A DNA stretch of 64,000 nucleotides from Lama glama (Eukaryota), in the NCBI GenBank assembly GCA_028534125.1, contig CM052817.1:7876001-7940000 (forward strand), given 5' to 3'. Below the pieces are notes generated by a model, which was not told where the DNA came from, made no database searches, and saw only the letters and a program-made list of their open reading frames with translations. How positions within the stretch are numbered: the first letter of the stretch is position 1; each line of letters opens with the position of its first letter. A program made the position numbers and the translations under genes. Shown in pieces: positions 1 through 12,650 of the stretch.

Positions 1-648
1 AACAGCAATCAAGAAAAAAAAAAAAGAAGGAGGAGAATATAGTCAAGCCTCACAAAAATCATAGAATCTGGGCTTTCTCTGGAGAATTTCAACACATACT
101 ACTTTAATAAGGGACTTACCACCCTCCCCCAAATGGAGCTGTGAAATTCTTCCCCAAAGCTGACACAATTAATTGCATTTGCAGTTAACACAATTAAAGT
201 GTAACTGAAAGACTGGCCTGCACCTCATAAATCTCAGATGTTAAGAGGGATAATCAAGTTGATAAATCACTGGGTTGTACCACCTGAGAAAGTATATAAA
301 GGTCCAAGATCGTGGGAAAGGATGAGGCATTAATGAGGGATAACAAGGTAGACAAGCAACCTTAACTGAGATGTCACATTCTGAGACTTCTCCTGATTGT
401 TTAATTTTGCATAGAATTGAGCAAACTGCTTAAAAGATGTTCATTTTGAACCTGCTGTTGACTGACTCCCTCAGAAGACGGTCAGCCAACTCCAACTCAG
501 TATGTCAGCTGTGAGCGCTTCATCTTTCTTCCATATATCAGTAGGGCTGAGTTGTTAATAGTGTGCCTATACTCAGACTTCCAGTGAGGTGGGAAAAGAG
601 GACATACACAAAAGAAAAATCAATCCTTCCAAAAGGGTGCCAGTCAGA

Positions 649-788
649 GGGGGCAGGTTTAGCTCAATTGGTAGAGCACATGCTTAGCATGCACAAGGTC
701 CTGGGTTCAATCCCCAGCACCTCCATTAAGTAAATAAATAAACAAGCCTAATTACCTCCCTCCTCAAAAAATAAAAAGTACTTTTTTA
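649..788 (+). mobile_element. tRNA-derived SINE (camelid Vic-1-like)
   Basis: tRNA-like head with A-box (agctcaattggtagag) and B-box (gggttcaatccc), (TAAA)n + ctaattacctccc tail, A-rich end; 18-bp TSD aaaagggtgYcagtcaga at 631-648 and 789-806. Confidence 0.92.
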
Positions 789-1434
789 AAAAGGGTGTCA
801 GTCAGAAACTGTAAAATCTGTAAAATGGGTATAACCCTGGATACTTCAATTTTCTGAGAATTAGGTTGTTGTGTACAACTGAGGAGAATACAACCCAATT
901 CAATATTCAAAATGTTATTTTGAGGATTAAGGACAAAACAATACAGTAAAATCTCTAATAGTAGGTGCACAATAAACATCCAGATTTTTTTAAAGAAAAT
1001 AAATGCCACAGGGGTAAAAGGAAAGTGTGTTTGGTAGCTGAGACATGTCTTATTCAGAATGAAGGAAAAAAGAAAAGTGAAGGGAACTAAGTGATGATGT
1101 GGCAACAACTTGCTTCCAGATCAGAGAAGATCTTAAAGGCTGCACTGTGGACTCTGTCCTGACAGCAAAGAGGAGCTGTGGATGGATCTTAAATTTGGCA
1201 GGGAGTCGTATTACCAAAGCTGATATTATGACAGGGATCAGCCCTGTACCAAAAGGAAAAAAGGATGCGAAGTGGGAGCAGAGACTACAGGCTGCAGCTG
1301 TGGAGACATGAATGCACAACCGGATGGGGCATTTTCAATGCAACTAAAAATGAGAGAACAAGAAACAACAGAGGTAAAGGACACAGGAAAGTCAAATCTT
1401 AATTTGAAATGTGAGGCCCAGGAAGTTGGGAGAA

Positions 1435-2400
1435 CTCATTCGTTTACTCATTTATTGATGGTTTCAAAATAAATTTAATAAGCACTTATTATTGCCAGAT
1501 ACTGTGCTAGAGAATATAAACAAAAGAATAGGCTGACAGTCATGCAAATAAATAAATACAGCATATGTCTTATAATCAGCATATACATAACAGCACACAA
1601 AGAAAATACAAATGTGGCCATACTGAATTCTGGAAAGTTAGGATAAGCCCCCAGAGGTAAGGTGATTTTGGAGCTGAATCTAAATTCCCTAGACAGAAAA
1701 GCAAGGAACAGCATCCAGGCAAAAAGAACAGCATGTACAAGAACATGGAGACGTGAACTTGAATGCTACATTTGAGAAACATGCTAAAGTTCAGGATAGT
1801 TGGATTTTAGTTGTATGGTCAGGAAAATGAAGCTAGAGAGGTCAGTGGAGGCCAAATCATGAAGGTTCTTATGCATCAAGACAAAGAGTTTACATTTTAC
1901 CCCACAGATCACAAGAAAGCTAATAAAGGCTTTCAGTGTGCCAAGCAGGCCAGTGCCATTATCAGAAATAGGTCCTGCAGGTGGAGACCTAATATGAAAA
2001 GAAAGATGTGGATTTTGATTTCAAACATGTTGAACTGGAGGAGACCTCCAGGTAACCTACATGGAAGTGTTCAGTGTGTAGTTACAGAAATAACTCTAGT
2101 CTGTGGGGATGTAGCCAGGTGGAAAGATGAATTTTGAAGATGCTGCAAAAAGGTGACTGGTGAGATTTTAGAGTGGCTCATACATTTGGGGGAAGGTGCA
2201 GAGAGAGAAAAGAAGAGGACCCTGAACTGAACTGTGTAAATTCTATACTCAAGAAGGAAGAAAGGCAAGCCGGGCAAGAAAAGGCAGAAGGAGACCCAGC
2301 TCCCTGGAGTGGAAGGGAAGCCCAGGAGGAAAGGAAATCGGCAGATTCAAGATAATCAAAGGAGAAAGGCAAGGACTAATAGAAGAGCTGAAATAACCTA
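1435..2400 (-). mobile_element. L2 LINE 3' fragment
   Basis: starts with antisense L2 3' terminus-like tcattcgtttactcatttattg...tactgtgctag, followed by purine-rich antisense L2 body; boundaries approximate. Confidence 0.65.
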
Positions 2401-3209
2401 CAGTTGGACAGAGCCTGCAGGATGCTGAGCTTGGCAAAGGGCCCAAAACTGCAAGAAACACATCACATCAAGTAGAGAAAACACTCCTTCCCCTAAGAAA
2501 CTCAATATTTCACCCAGAAAATCAAGGTTAATCCTCCTTTTAAAATAGCAAATAGCAAAAGACAAGATATAACTCGCTCTATAGCGTGCGGTACATTTTT
2601 AGAGCTGCAGAAAATCTGAGAAGGGCAGGTTTTAATATCAGGAGAGGTTCAGAGATGCATTTGACTTGCCTTGGCCTTGAAGGACAGGAAAGAACTGGCT
2701 GGGGAAACAGGACTACAATAAGCCATTCTAGCAGGAGGAAATTCCTGAGCTAAAGCCAAGAGTCAGGAATGAGAGTAGTGTTTTGACAGGACAGCGAGGA
2801 GCCCAAACTGTCGGGTAGAGAATTCAAATTTGGAAAGAGTAGGAAACAAGATAGGATAGGTTGGAATGAGCTAGAATGTGAAGGGCCTTGAAAGTCAGGT
2901 AGAGAAATGTGTGTTTGTGAACCCAGCCTTCAGTAGAAGCAGACAGATGAGCATGTACCTTTAACTCCATCCAGTTCTAAGCCAGCTTTTAGGCATCCAT
3001 CCATCCATTCGCTGACTCACCCATTCAGTAAGTGACGAGCTGGATGCTTCAACAGGTAGGAAGACCAGGAAGGCTCAAGAGATCAGAACAATCACCCCCA
3101 TTCTTCCTTCCACTATGATGTAAGTGCCAGCCCAGGTAAAACACTGTAAGAGAACTGAGGTCTACGAAGCCCAGGACAAGCCAGTGTGTCATCAGTAAGA
3201 TCCTCTGTA

Positions 3210-4060
3210 ACTGAGCTCCTTCTCTGAACATCCCTTACATCGTTTGTTCTCACTAAAACCTGGCTTCACCCTGAGGACACTGGCTTCTTATAACCTCCTC
3301 AATGGTGGCTGTTTCTCTACCAAACCCTCTAGAGCTGGAGGAGGAATAGGTGTCCTGGTCTTCCCTTTTGGCACCTCTGACACCAATCCTTCCTCCTCCC
3401 TAAAACACCACTGCTCCCTGGAAACGGATGTCAACAGCACACATCATTCCCCTGCTTGCAGCCGTCATCTGGAGACCCCGGGACTACTTCCCTCCCATTC
3501 CTTCATATTAGTCTGACTTACTGTCCCTCTTTCCAGCATCACTGTCATAATTCTTGGCAGTTATCCTCACAAATGATTCTTCAAATAACCCGGACAGTTC
3601 CCTGGCCTCTTTCCTTCCCATGATCTTGTCTTCCACCTGCATTGGTCATACCTGAGAACATCATGACTAGTCACTGTAGCCCCTTCCTGATCCCAACTCT
3701 AAGCTCCCCTCTGTGCCCCACTTTCCATCCCTCAGTTTTCTCTCCTTCCTCTGGTGATTCTTCCCAGTTTCCTGCCTAACTCAGATCCCATAGGCTCTTG
3801 CAGAAGCTCTCAGTCTCTTTGCTTCTGCCTCCTCCATTGGTACTCACCTAGCAAATTCCAAACTCCAGGTAGACTGAATTCTGCTTCTGCACCTGGACGA
3901 TTGAATATTCCAGTGAAAAAGCACAAACCACAGTGATGGATCTCACACTCAGTGTACGACAGCCATTCTCCAACATGTCTTTCATGCTGCCTGGCAACCC
4001 TCCAGCGTTCCCCTCTGACATCCATGCTCCCGCTCTCCTGAACAGCCTACACTACCTGCT
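3210..4060 (+). mobile_element. L2 LINE ORF2 endonuclease (APE) region fossil
   Basis: decayed translation LTKTWLHPEDT (cf. LTETWL) and SRAGGGIGVLV (cf. R..GGGVGVL); pyrimidine-rich L2 sense composition. Confidence 0.7.
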
Positions 4061-4074
4061 CCTCACGTCTGAAA

Positions 4075-5339
4075 TCACCAAACGGTCTCTCAGAGAATAG
4101 TCTTATCGATCAGATATGGGTGAGATCCCAGGTAGAAGTCATCCTGAAGCAAAGTTCCTGGAGACCTGTTGTGAATCTGTGAAACCAAACACATTACGTG
4201 TTTCCGAAATACAATGGCAGGACAGGCCCAGAGACATTCCAATGGTCTTTTGGAATAGTCCAAAAGGAAGAAAGAGGAAAGAAGGAAAGGGTGACAGGTC
4301 CCAAGAAATTCCAAAACCTAGCAAGGCAAATTCCATTAGATCTTAAGTCTCAAGAATAATCCTCTTTGGTCAGTGCTCTCCCTGCTGGACCCACGAGAGC
4401 AGCAGTCCCAGCTTCAGGACTCCCTGGGGCAGTGATTCCACTCCCATGGCTCTGCTTGGCAGGGGCCACATCCCCACAGCTCTGGGCAGTTCCTGTCTGG
4501 CCTATTGAAACCAAAGAGGTATCTCTGAGGAGGATCTCTGAATTGCCTCTAGGGTCAGTCTACTGTTGTCTTGAAGAATAGGGCACATTTGCAGCTAAAT
4601 GGCTCTGTGGTTCTGCCCTGTAAAATCAAAGAAGTCCAACAGCCTTCCTTCTTTTTTATCCTCTTTGTTCAAACTAGCTCTGCTGGGCTGGCTAATGAGA
4701 TCCACAGTTTATGCCTACACAAATCTCCTCAGATGGCTGTTTAGCCCCACCCTTGGTTTTCTCAGGGATAGACTGAGACTTCTCCCAACCTTTTCGTTAC
4801 GATTTCTCTTTGCTTAACAAGTCATACTTCAATTTGCTTCTCCAGTCTCACATTTTACCATAAGCAGTCAGGTGGGACAAAGTCACTTCTTCAACACTTT
4901 ACTTGGAAATGTCCTCAGCTAAATATGAAAGTTCATCTCTTGGAAGTTATACTTTCCACAAGTATACATGAACACAATTCAACCAGGTTATTGGCCACTT
5001 TATAATAAGGATCATCTTTTCTTCATCGTCCAATAACATCTTCCTCAGTGCCACCTAACACCTCACCAGAATGGTCTTCACCATCCATATTTCTAGCAAC
5101 ATTCTGTTCACAATCATTTATGCATTCTCTTAAAAAGACAGACATTTTCTCTGTATCTCTCCTCTTCCCATTCTGAGTTCTCAACAGAATCTCCTTTAAC
5201 AATTTCTTCGTGGCAACCTTGGCTTTTTCTAGCATGAACCTCAAAACTCTCCCAGCCTCTACCCATTACCCGGTTCCAAAGCCATTTCCACATTTTCAGG
5301 TGTTTGTTACAGTGGTATCCACTTCTTGGTACAAATTAC
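4075..5339 (-). mobile_element. MaLR (MLT1A-like) internal sequence
   Basis: resembles recalled MLT1-int motifs (aaatacaatggcaggacaggc; ctctacccattacccggttccaaagccatttccacattttcaggt) and abuts the LTR at 5340. Confidence 0.8.
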
Positions 5340-5732
5340 TGTCTTAACTCAGGCAGCTATAACAAATACCACAGACTGTGTGGCTTTAAAAAAAAAAAAA
5401 ACAGGCATTTATTTCCCATAGTTCTCAAGGCTGAGAAGTCCAAGACTAGGCTACTGGCAAATTCAGTTCTTGGTGAGGGCTCTCTTCCTGTCTTGCACAC
5501 AGCCACCTTCCTGCTATGTGTTCACATGGCCTTTTCTTGCTGTGCATACATACAGACTCTCTCTGTCTTCCTCTTCTTTTGAGGGCAATAATCCCATCAA
5601 AAGGGTCACACTCTCATGACCCCATCTAAACCTAATTACCTCCTAAAGGCCCCTGCCTCCAAACAGCTTCACATTAACAGTTAGGGCATCAACATACCAG
5701 TTTGAAGGAGACACAAACATTCAATCCATAAC
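5340..5732 (-). mobile_element. MaLR LTR (MLT1A/A0-like)
   Basis: tgtcttaactcaggcagctataacaaataccacagactg...ggctgagaagtccaaga...cctaattacctcctaaaggccc...aaacattcaatccataac. Confidence 0.85.
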
Positions 5733-6277
5733 TCTGTGTCTTATTTCACTGAGAATATAGAAACAGAAAAGAACTCCACATACCTTGAGCTTATCCACCA
5801 ATCTGCTGGCATGTATACCTAGATATTTTGCCTCTTCCAGTGTTTGTAAGGATTTGACCATTCTCCTAGCTAAGGTTAAGCTAAGCTTGGGACAATCGCT
5901 CAGGTCTCTGGTGGTCCTGGAACATCTCCTCCAGCAGGTAAGGCGAGAAGGAGGGGGGATTTGTGAGTAGAGGGAAGAGAGGGCACAGGCACTCATGAGC
6001 TTGTTCAGGGAGCTGTTTGGGAGTCACTTTGACTCGAATGTGCCTGCACAGACAAGTAGGTCTGTGTTGTGGAGGATGGAAGTGTTTCCGGGCAAAACGG
6101 TGAATGCACCAGCATTGGAGTCAGACTGCCTTTGTTTTAACCCTCAGCTCTGCTACCTACCAGCTGGCTCCTTTTATCAGATGTTTTTGCTGTTTGTTTC
6201 TCACATTGGAGAATGGGAGCTATGTTAGTCTTGTTTATTCTGATTCCTTTGTTCCCAGTACTCAGCACAAATAAAAC

Positions 6278-6515
6278 AATAGTGTTAAGGAACATAAAAT
6301 CTGAAGTCACATCCCAAGCGGGACTCCTAATGTCACACTTTAACTAGCTGTGTGCCCTGAGGCGAACCGTTAACTTGTCTAAGCTGCAGTTTCCTCGGCC
6401 ACAACACGGGCCAGTCGCAGCACTCCCCGAGTAGGGCTGAAGAGGAAAAGGAGATAGCAGGCATCGGCATTAGCGTAGTGCCTAACGCACAGCAGGTGCT
6501 CGACAAACGCTGGCT
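6278..6515 (+). mobile_element. MIR SINE
   Basis: core actagctgtgtgccctgaggcgaaccgttaacttgtctaagctgcagtttcctc and 3' gtgcctaacgcacagcaggtgctcgacaaa. Confidence 0.7.
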
Positions 6516-7754
6516 GATGCGATGTTCTGATACGATGTTTTATTTCAAGGCTCTGTAATTACATTCTTTCACCAAATGATCATCGATTTCTTTCCTGTAA
6601 CACAGCTTTCATAAGCCCTGCCTCTACAAGTTTTGAGGCCACTTTCTATGTAGATAAGCTGAACTTGTCCCATAATAGGTTCTTTTTTTGTCCTGGGTCT
6701 TCTACCATATTTTGCATCTTAGCCAAAGAGCAGAGGCTGTAATCAGCCAGGTGTGGGCGGCAGGCTCTTGCTTTTGGCCCCTCCATGAAAAACAAACTCT
6801 CCGTCTCCCTCCTAGGAGGGCCCTGCTGCTCTGCCCCCTTGCTTTCTTCCTTTCCTTTGCTGCCTTGTCTGAGCACCAGGACTTAAGTGGGGGGTGGGGG
6901 GCTTGCCTTCAGCTCCACTCTAAGCTCTAAGATTACTGTTTTCATTTCCCCGACTGCTTGGTGACCGCGATGTGGCCCTCGGGTGAGGGAGCCCGGGAGA
7001 GGGTGTGACCAGCGGGGATCCCATTAAAATACAGAGCAGCCATGCAGGCCAGGCTGTTTGGCTCCTTCCCGCCTGCTCTCGCCACCCCGCCCCCAAATAT
7101 GATCATAACAGCACAGAGCTATAAAGTTGCTTTTCATAGCACACACTGCCCGGCTCCCTAACAAAGTTCTGACTGTCAAGAAGAAAAGGAGGACATTGTA
7201 AGGAGGGGATTAAAGGAAGGAGTGGTGCAGAGAGGCAGTGTGGTATGGTGGAAAGATCCCCTACCCAAGAAGCAGGACCTGGTGATTCTTGCTGAATTCG
7301 GCAGGCAGCTCACTCTCTGATTCGAAGCAAGTCCCTCCTTCTTGGGCCTCAGTTTCTCCATTTGTAAAATGAGGACTAAGATGGGACTGTTTTAATGAAC
7401 TTTCCAGCCTCTGGATGCTAGAAAAATGATGCTTGACACCAAGCAGAACAAGAGAATGTGATGTCTGCTTATGCCATGACCTTCTACTCGCAAGTCCCTT
7501 AGCATTTAACCAGCCCTGGGGCTTGGGTCTAGAATGGGGACACCAGACCATGGATTTTGAACTGGAGACATCTGAGTCACTTTGATCTGCCTTGGCTGTC
7601 ACTGAAATCCTCAGATTGTTTTGGGGCTTATTCACGGCACAGCACCAGCTCCTCGAAGATGTCAGTAAGCATCTTCTAACACATAATAGATGCTTAATGA
7701 ATGCTTTTTGAATTGATGAATGAGCACATGGGGTAGGTTGGGAACAAGTTCTTT

Positions 7755-8520
7755 TTCATCATTCATTATTCAGTCACTCACTATTTACTGAGTGATTATT
7801 ATGTGCAAGGACCTGTACATACACATTAAAGATGAGACAAGACCAAGACCCTGCCCTTCTGGAGTCTACATTCTAGTAGGAAGATATGGAAAATACATGA
7901 ATGAAAAAAATAATTGCTTGCTGGATAGTGATAAATGCTAGAGGAAAAATAAAGGACGGTGAGGGAGAGGGAATTAAGAGGGCCAGGATTATATACAGTG
8001 TGACTAGGGAAGGACTCCCTAATTAGGTGACATTTGAGCAGAGACCTAAAAGACGTAAAGGAGCAGCCAAGGTGATGTTTCAGGAAACTGCCTGCTGGGT
8101 AGAAACGGTAGTAAGTACAAAGTCCCTGAGACAGGAGTCAACATAGTGCACTTAAGAAACAGCATGGAGGTCTGTGTGGTTGGAACCCAGTCAGCAAGGT
8201 GGACATGCACAGATGGTGACATCAGAGGGCTGGCGATCGGTACAGATTATGAGGATTTGATGTGAAATCTAACAAAGATTGGCATCCAAGGGGGTGAGAC
8301 TGGAGACAAAAAGAGACAAGATGTGGTATATTTCAAAAAGCAAATATGGGCTGTAAAAATTGGCCAAAGCGAGAGAAGAAATCAGCAGGGAGGTCAAACA
8401 GGAGGCTACTGAAATAACCAAGAAAAGAAATGAGACTGCATTAGACCGTCGCAGTGAGCTGCAGTAGTTAAGAAGGGATCAGGTTTAGGGGGTGTTTGGA
8501 AGACTGAGCTAGTTCAATTA
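7755..8520 (-). mobile_element. L2 LINE 3' fragment
   Basis: tcattcattattcagtcactcactatttactgagtgattattatgtgcaagg...ggtgacatttgagcagagacct, typical antisense L2. Confidence 0.75.
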
Positions 8521-8844
8521 GCATCTACCCTGCACTACCACCTCTTCAAGGGCTGGTAACTTCTTTCTCCAACTAGACCATAAGTTTCTCAAAGGCAACG
8601 GCTCTATGTCGTTCCTGCGTAGCTCTCAAATTCTTGGCATATTTGTTAAACAACAATGTAGACACCCAACAAGCCTCTCTTCACTCAACTCAGTTTAATC
8701 AATACTTACTAAGCACCAAGCTCCTTCCGCAGCTCCCACCCCCACAGGCCAGCCTCACATGTTTAAGTCACAGTGAGCGCCTTCTAGTCCCTCAAGCCAA
8801 GTGGTTTCAGTTTCCATACTTTTGCAAGAAGGGACTGGGTGGTC

Positions 8845-9800
8845 CATAGAGTGAGACATAAGGTTAAAGAAAGATTTGTTCTCTTTTTTGATGATGAGAA
8901 AAAAATAAATATGTTTAAATACTGATGGGAAGTTGCTGTCAAAAAAAGGAGATGAAGAAACCATCACAGAAGGAAAAAGTGAAGGAGAAAAGTCATGAGA
9001 GAGCCAGAGAGCCGGATGGGAAGATGTTAAAGAGGAAGGAAGGGCGAGGACACATGCTGGTTTATAGGTTTCATGGTAGAAAATGAATAAGGCCTCTGAT
9101 GATTGTTTTTTATGTGCTGGGCATGAGAGTACAGTAGAAGCTGAGGTCTGAGAAGAGAGGAGAGAATGTGAACTATCACTAGACGACAGACAAGAATTCT
9201 GAAGAGTGAAACAGCCTGTCGTCGCTGGGCCGCAATAAGGCATCTGTGGAGGACCATGTGTGTGAGTGCACAGTGGCCTTGATCTGTAGGTCAGAATGGA
9301 TTTGACCTTGACTGAATGCCAGCAGCCAGGCCAGGAGTGCAGACAGAGCAGATGACTGGAGTCACCCAGGGGTAGCGGGTCATGTGTATGTGACAACAGG
9401 AGAGTTAGAGCCAGGACATAAAGTTTAAAGAGTTGTTGGAGTGATGAAAAGTGGAGTCCGTGGATGCAGAGAGGGGAGAAAAGACAGGAGCTGCAGACTG
9501 TGCAGGGCAAAGAAGTGGGTCAATGAACTGGAGGGCCTAACTGAAGAACCAGAGTTGAGGACAAGCGAGCAAGGGAATTGGAAGCAGAGGAGGGTTGTGG
9601 TCAGAGTGGGAGGTGTGGATTTTATGATTTCCATGGTGGAGCCCTTCCAGAAAATGACCAACTCCAGGGTGTAGCCACAAAAGCGGGTGAATGAAGCAGC
9701 TGGGAGGAGGCGAGAAGAACAGGGACCCAAGGAACAAGGTGCTGAATGGCTCACAGGTGTGAACACAAACGACCTTAAGAGCAGCAGCAGGGCTCGGCGA
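8845..9800 (-). mobile_element. L2 LINE ORF2 fossil (APE C-terminus to RT entry)
   Basis: minus-strand translations include GYTLELVI and SDHN (cf. GHTLDLVI...SDH) and FPSVFKH..FLIIKK (cf. FPSAFKHA.V.PILKK). Confidence 0.7.
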
Positions 9801-12444
9801 GTGGAGGGGTATGGAGACAGACGCCAACGTGTGTGACGCATGAGGGGGTGTGTCCAGGAAGTGCGCCCATGGCGTTATGTGGGAGGGCCAAAGAGGGTAC
9901 CAGTGAATCAGAAGGGGCCCCAAGGGAGCAGAGGTCATATTTACTAACACCTAGTTCAATCCGCACAGCAGAGAGGTGACTGTGGACCCCTGGACCCTGC
10001 GAGGGGCCACATTTGGGGGAAGAGTTGGTGGAGACGTGAGGATCTGATTCACATGCAGATGCACAGGCATCTCTTAATCAGGATCAGACCGTAGGAGACA
10101 CAGCTTTTCTGAGTCACCCCCACCACCAACCAAAACCCTTTACCAGTCTCCAGACCACAGGGGTCTAGGGGGGAAAGTTTAAGTGTCAATTTTAGGTATA
10201 AATCAGCCAGTTTATAATCTTAACCCAACTTTGAGAGTTGGACTAACTGGAGAGATGTTGTCAGATTTTGTGGCTCATGCATGAAATGATTAGGGGCCCG
10301 TTAGCTGGTAAATATCACTGCAGTCACAATACTGGGATTTCAGACAAGAACAGCATCAAGAGATGTGAGGGTGAACTGGAGAAGATGGGGAGGCAGCTGG
10401 AGGGGAAGGGGTTGATCTGAGTCTTGAAGGACATCCAGGCCGTTTAGAGATGAAGGGAAAGAAGGAGAGGGTCTAGGCAGCGTGAACACTCTCACCGCAT
10501 GTGGCTGGGCAGGAGCTACCGCTTAAGAACACGACTTCTTAGAGGACTTGAAGGAGTTCCCAGACATTCTGCTTGGCTTCGAGCCTCATATAATCTCACA
10601 GAAGTCTCAAGGTTGAACTGAGACCTTTGAGGACTAATCTGCCTGAAGAGTTTAGACGTAGGCAGTAAGGAATGGGTTAAGTCATGGGTGTGATGTGTGT
10701 AGGATCAGAGTTGTGCTTCTGGAAGACACTGGCTGGCAGAAGTGGGTGAGGGGAACACCGGGAAAGAACTGCAGCAAGCAGAGCATTTATAAGGCCACTG
10801 TGGTGGTCCCCGAGAGAGGCCCAGAAGCCATAGTGGGAAAGGGACTGATGGAAAAGGGGAGAAAAGAGCAGAAACAGAAGGTTTCTACAGAGGGAGACAT
10901 AACAGGTTCTGCAAAGAAATATGAATGATGGCTGTGAAGCCTGCCCACTGTTATCGGTCACGTACTATCAAGTGTTATTTGGAGGCTCTAAGAGATTTGG
11001 GTCAACACAGAGATTCTGACTCCAACTAAAACGAAGTCAGCTGTTTACATCTTAAAAGAAGAAAATCAGACACCACGAAGGGAAATTAACCTTTCCCTCA
11101 CAGAAGCCATAAACAGCATCCAAATGTGGCAGAGAATAAAACCACAGGCCATGTGTTAAAAAGAAACATGATATCATTGGCTAACAGAGACAAGACCCAA
11201 CCAGGAAACAGACTCCAGTATTAAAATTCTAGCACACGGGGCTTTTGGAAAATAAAAAATAGACACAGAGGGATGGAAAGACTCTACCTAAACGGAAGGG
11301 CCTGGAGAGATACGATCTACTGAGACACAGTCAAGAAGGCAGCTGGCAGAGAGGTTACCGAAACTGGGAACCAGCCACCAGAGGAAAGGTTATTGGCCAC
11401 CAACGAGCAATGATACGAAAGAGATTCAAAATTGCTGCTTCGAATAGAAGCAGGAAAAACAGGAATACGATCGGTCAGGGAGGATCCTTCTCTCAAAGTG
11501 AGGCCAGGCTCCTGGAAACCTCCTGGGGTGCAGCTGCCTGCAGCCCTGCCTCCACTCTGCCTGGCCAAGGAGGCTCTGAGCCACAGCGGGCACATGCGGG
11601 GCAAGTACAGAAACTCCCTGTGAACTTCAGGCTCCTGCTCTCACGGAACTAGACACGAAGGCAGACAAGACTTGTGCGTGACTGCAGGGTCTGTCCACAC
11701 TGACCTTGTGTTTGAACTGACTGGAAACAATAGGAATGAGAGTGATTCCCATTTGATATTTCTGACATCACAGCTGTCCAGTGACCCTTGGACCCGGCTT
11801 TTTTAACCAGGAAGGACCACTGGTCAGGGCTGTTACGGGTCATACTGATGCAGAGCCAGAGGTACCTGAAGAAGGAGAGGGCTCAGTGGGCTGCAGGTGA
11901 GGATGTCGCACATTGCTCCTCCTCTTGGCAGGGCACAGGCTCCTGTGGGCAAAGGCTGCACCTTCTTCTTTCCATCTCAGACATCTAGAACAATGCCAGG
12001 TACAAAGCAGACACTGACAAGGTGTTTGCTGAATAGCTGAATGTCTACCCTTTGTTCCAGTAAACTCCACTGAGTCAAGAATCCTGTGTACATCCTCAGC
12101 CTGTAGGGAAGGACTGACCAGGGGTGGAGGCGCTCAACAAGCGATTCTCCAATACAGAAATGAGCAGAACTTGACATGACTCAGGACTGCATGTGTTACT
12201 ATCTGAAAGGCTTTTCTGACCTCCTTGGCTTGGTTAGAATACACACAACACCATATGGCCAAATTCAGGTACATACTTACATAGCGACCCGATACCTAAG
12301 CATATTGTACATGCACCAGTAAGGGGGCACACTCGCAAGGAGAGCTAGCGTCTCCCAGGCACGAAGATCAGTGACGTCTCCATCCATTAGCTTTATTTTA
12401 CCGCCCTCTGAATCGTAGAAATAGTGATGTTCCAGAGAACCAAA

Positions 12445-12650
12445 TAATAAGTGAAAAGAATAACTGTTTTTCTACATGGTGGGCTCCCTGCTAAGTGTCA
12501 TACAAAAAAGACACTCTGCAGTGCAAAATTTACATCAATCTTGTGAAATATATACAAGTATCACCTCCATTTTACAGATGAAGAACCAGAGACTCACAGG
12601 AGTTAAGTAATTTGCCTAGAGTCACACAGCTCAACCACTGGCCTCTATTC
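12445..12650 (-). mobile_element. MIR SINE
   Basis: ccattttacagatgaagaaccagagactcacaggagttaagtaatttgcctagagtcacacagct. Confidence 0.8.

Noticed and set aside
649..725. tRNA gene-like sequence (also at 14580, 19845, 25400 and 34500)
   Set aside because: Followed by SINE tails and A-rich ends and mostly flanked by TSDs; these are retroposed SINE heads, not tRNA genes
4090..4346. Exon-like segment with acceptor tttcacag on the minus strand
   Set aside because: Falls within MaLR internal sequence
5721..5996. Minus-strand ORF (…KSLQTLEEAKYLGIHASRLVDKLK) ending at AAG|GTATGT
   Set aside because: No clear acceptor and no recognised homology; cannot be supported as a coding exon without a search
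12314..12332. CTCF-like ccagtaagggggcac
   Set aside because: Has a one-base insertion in the core relative to CCASYAGRKGGCRS
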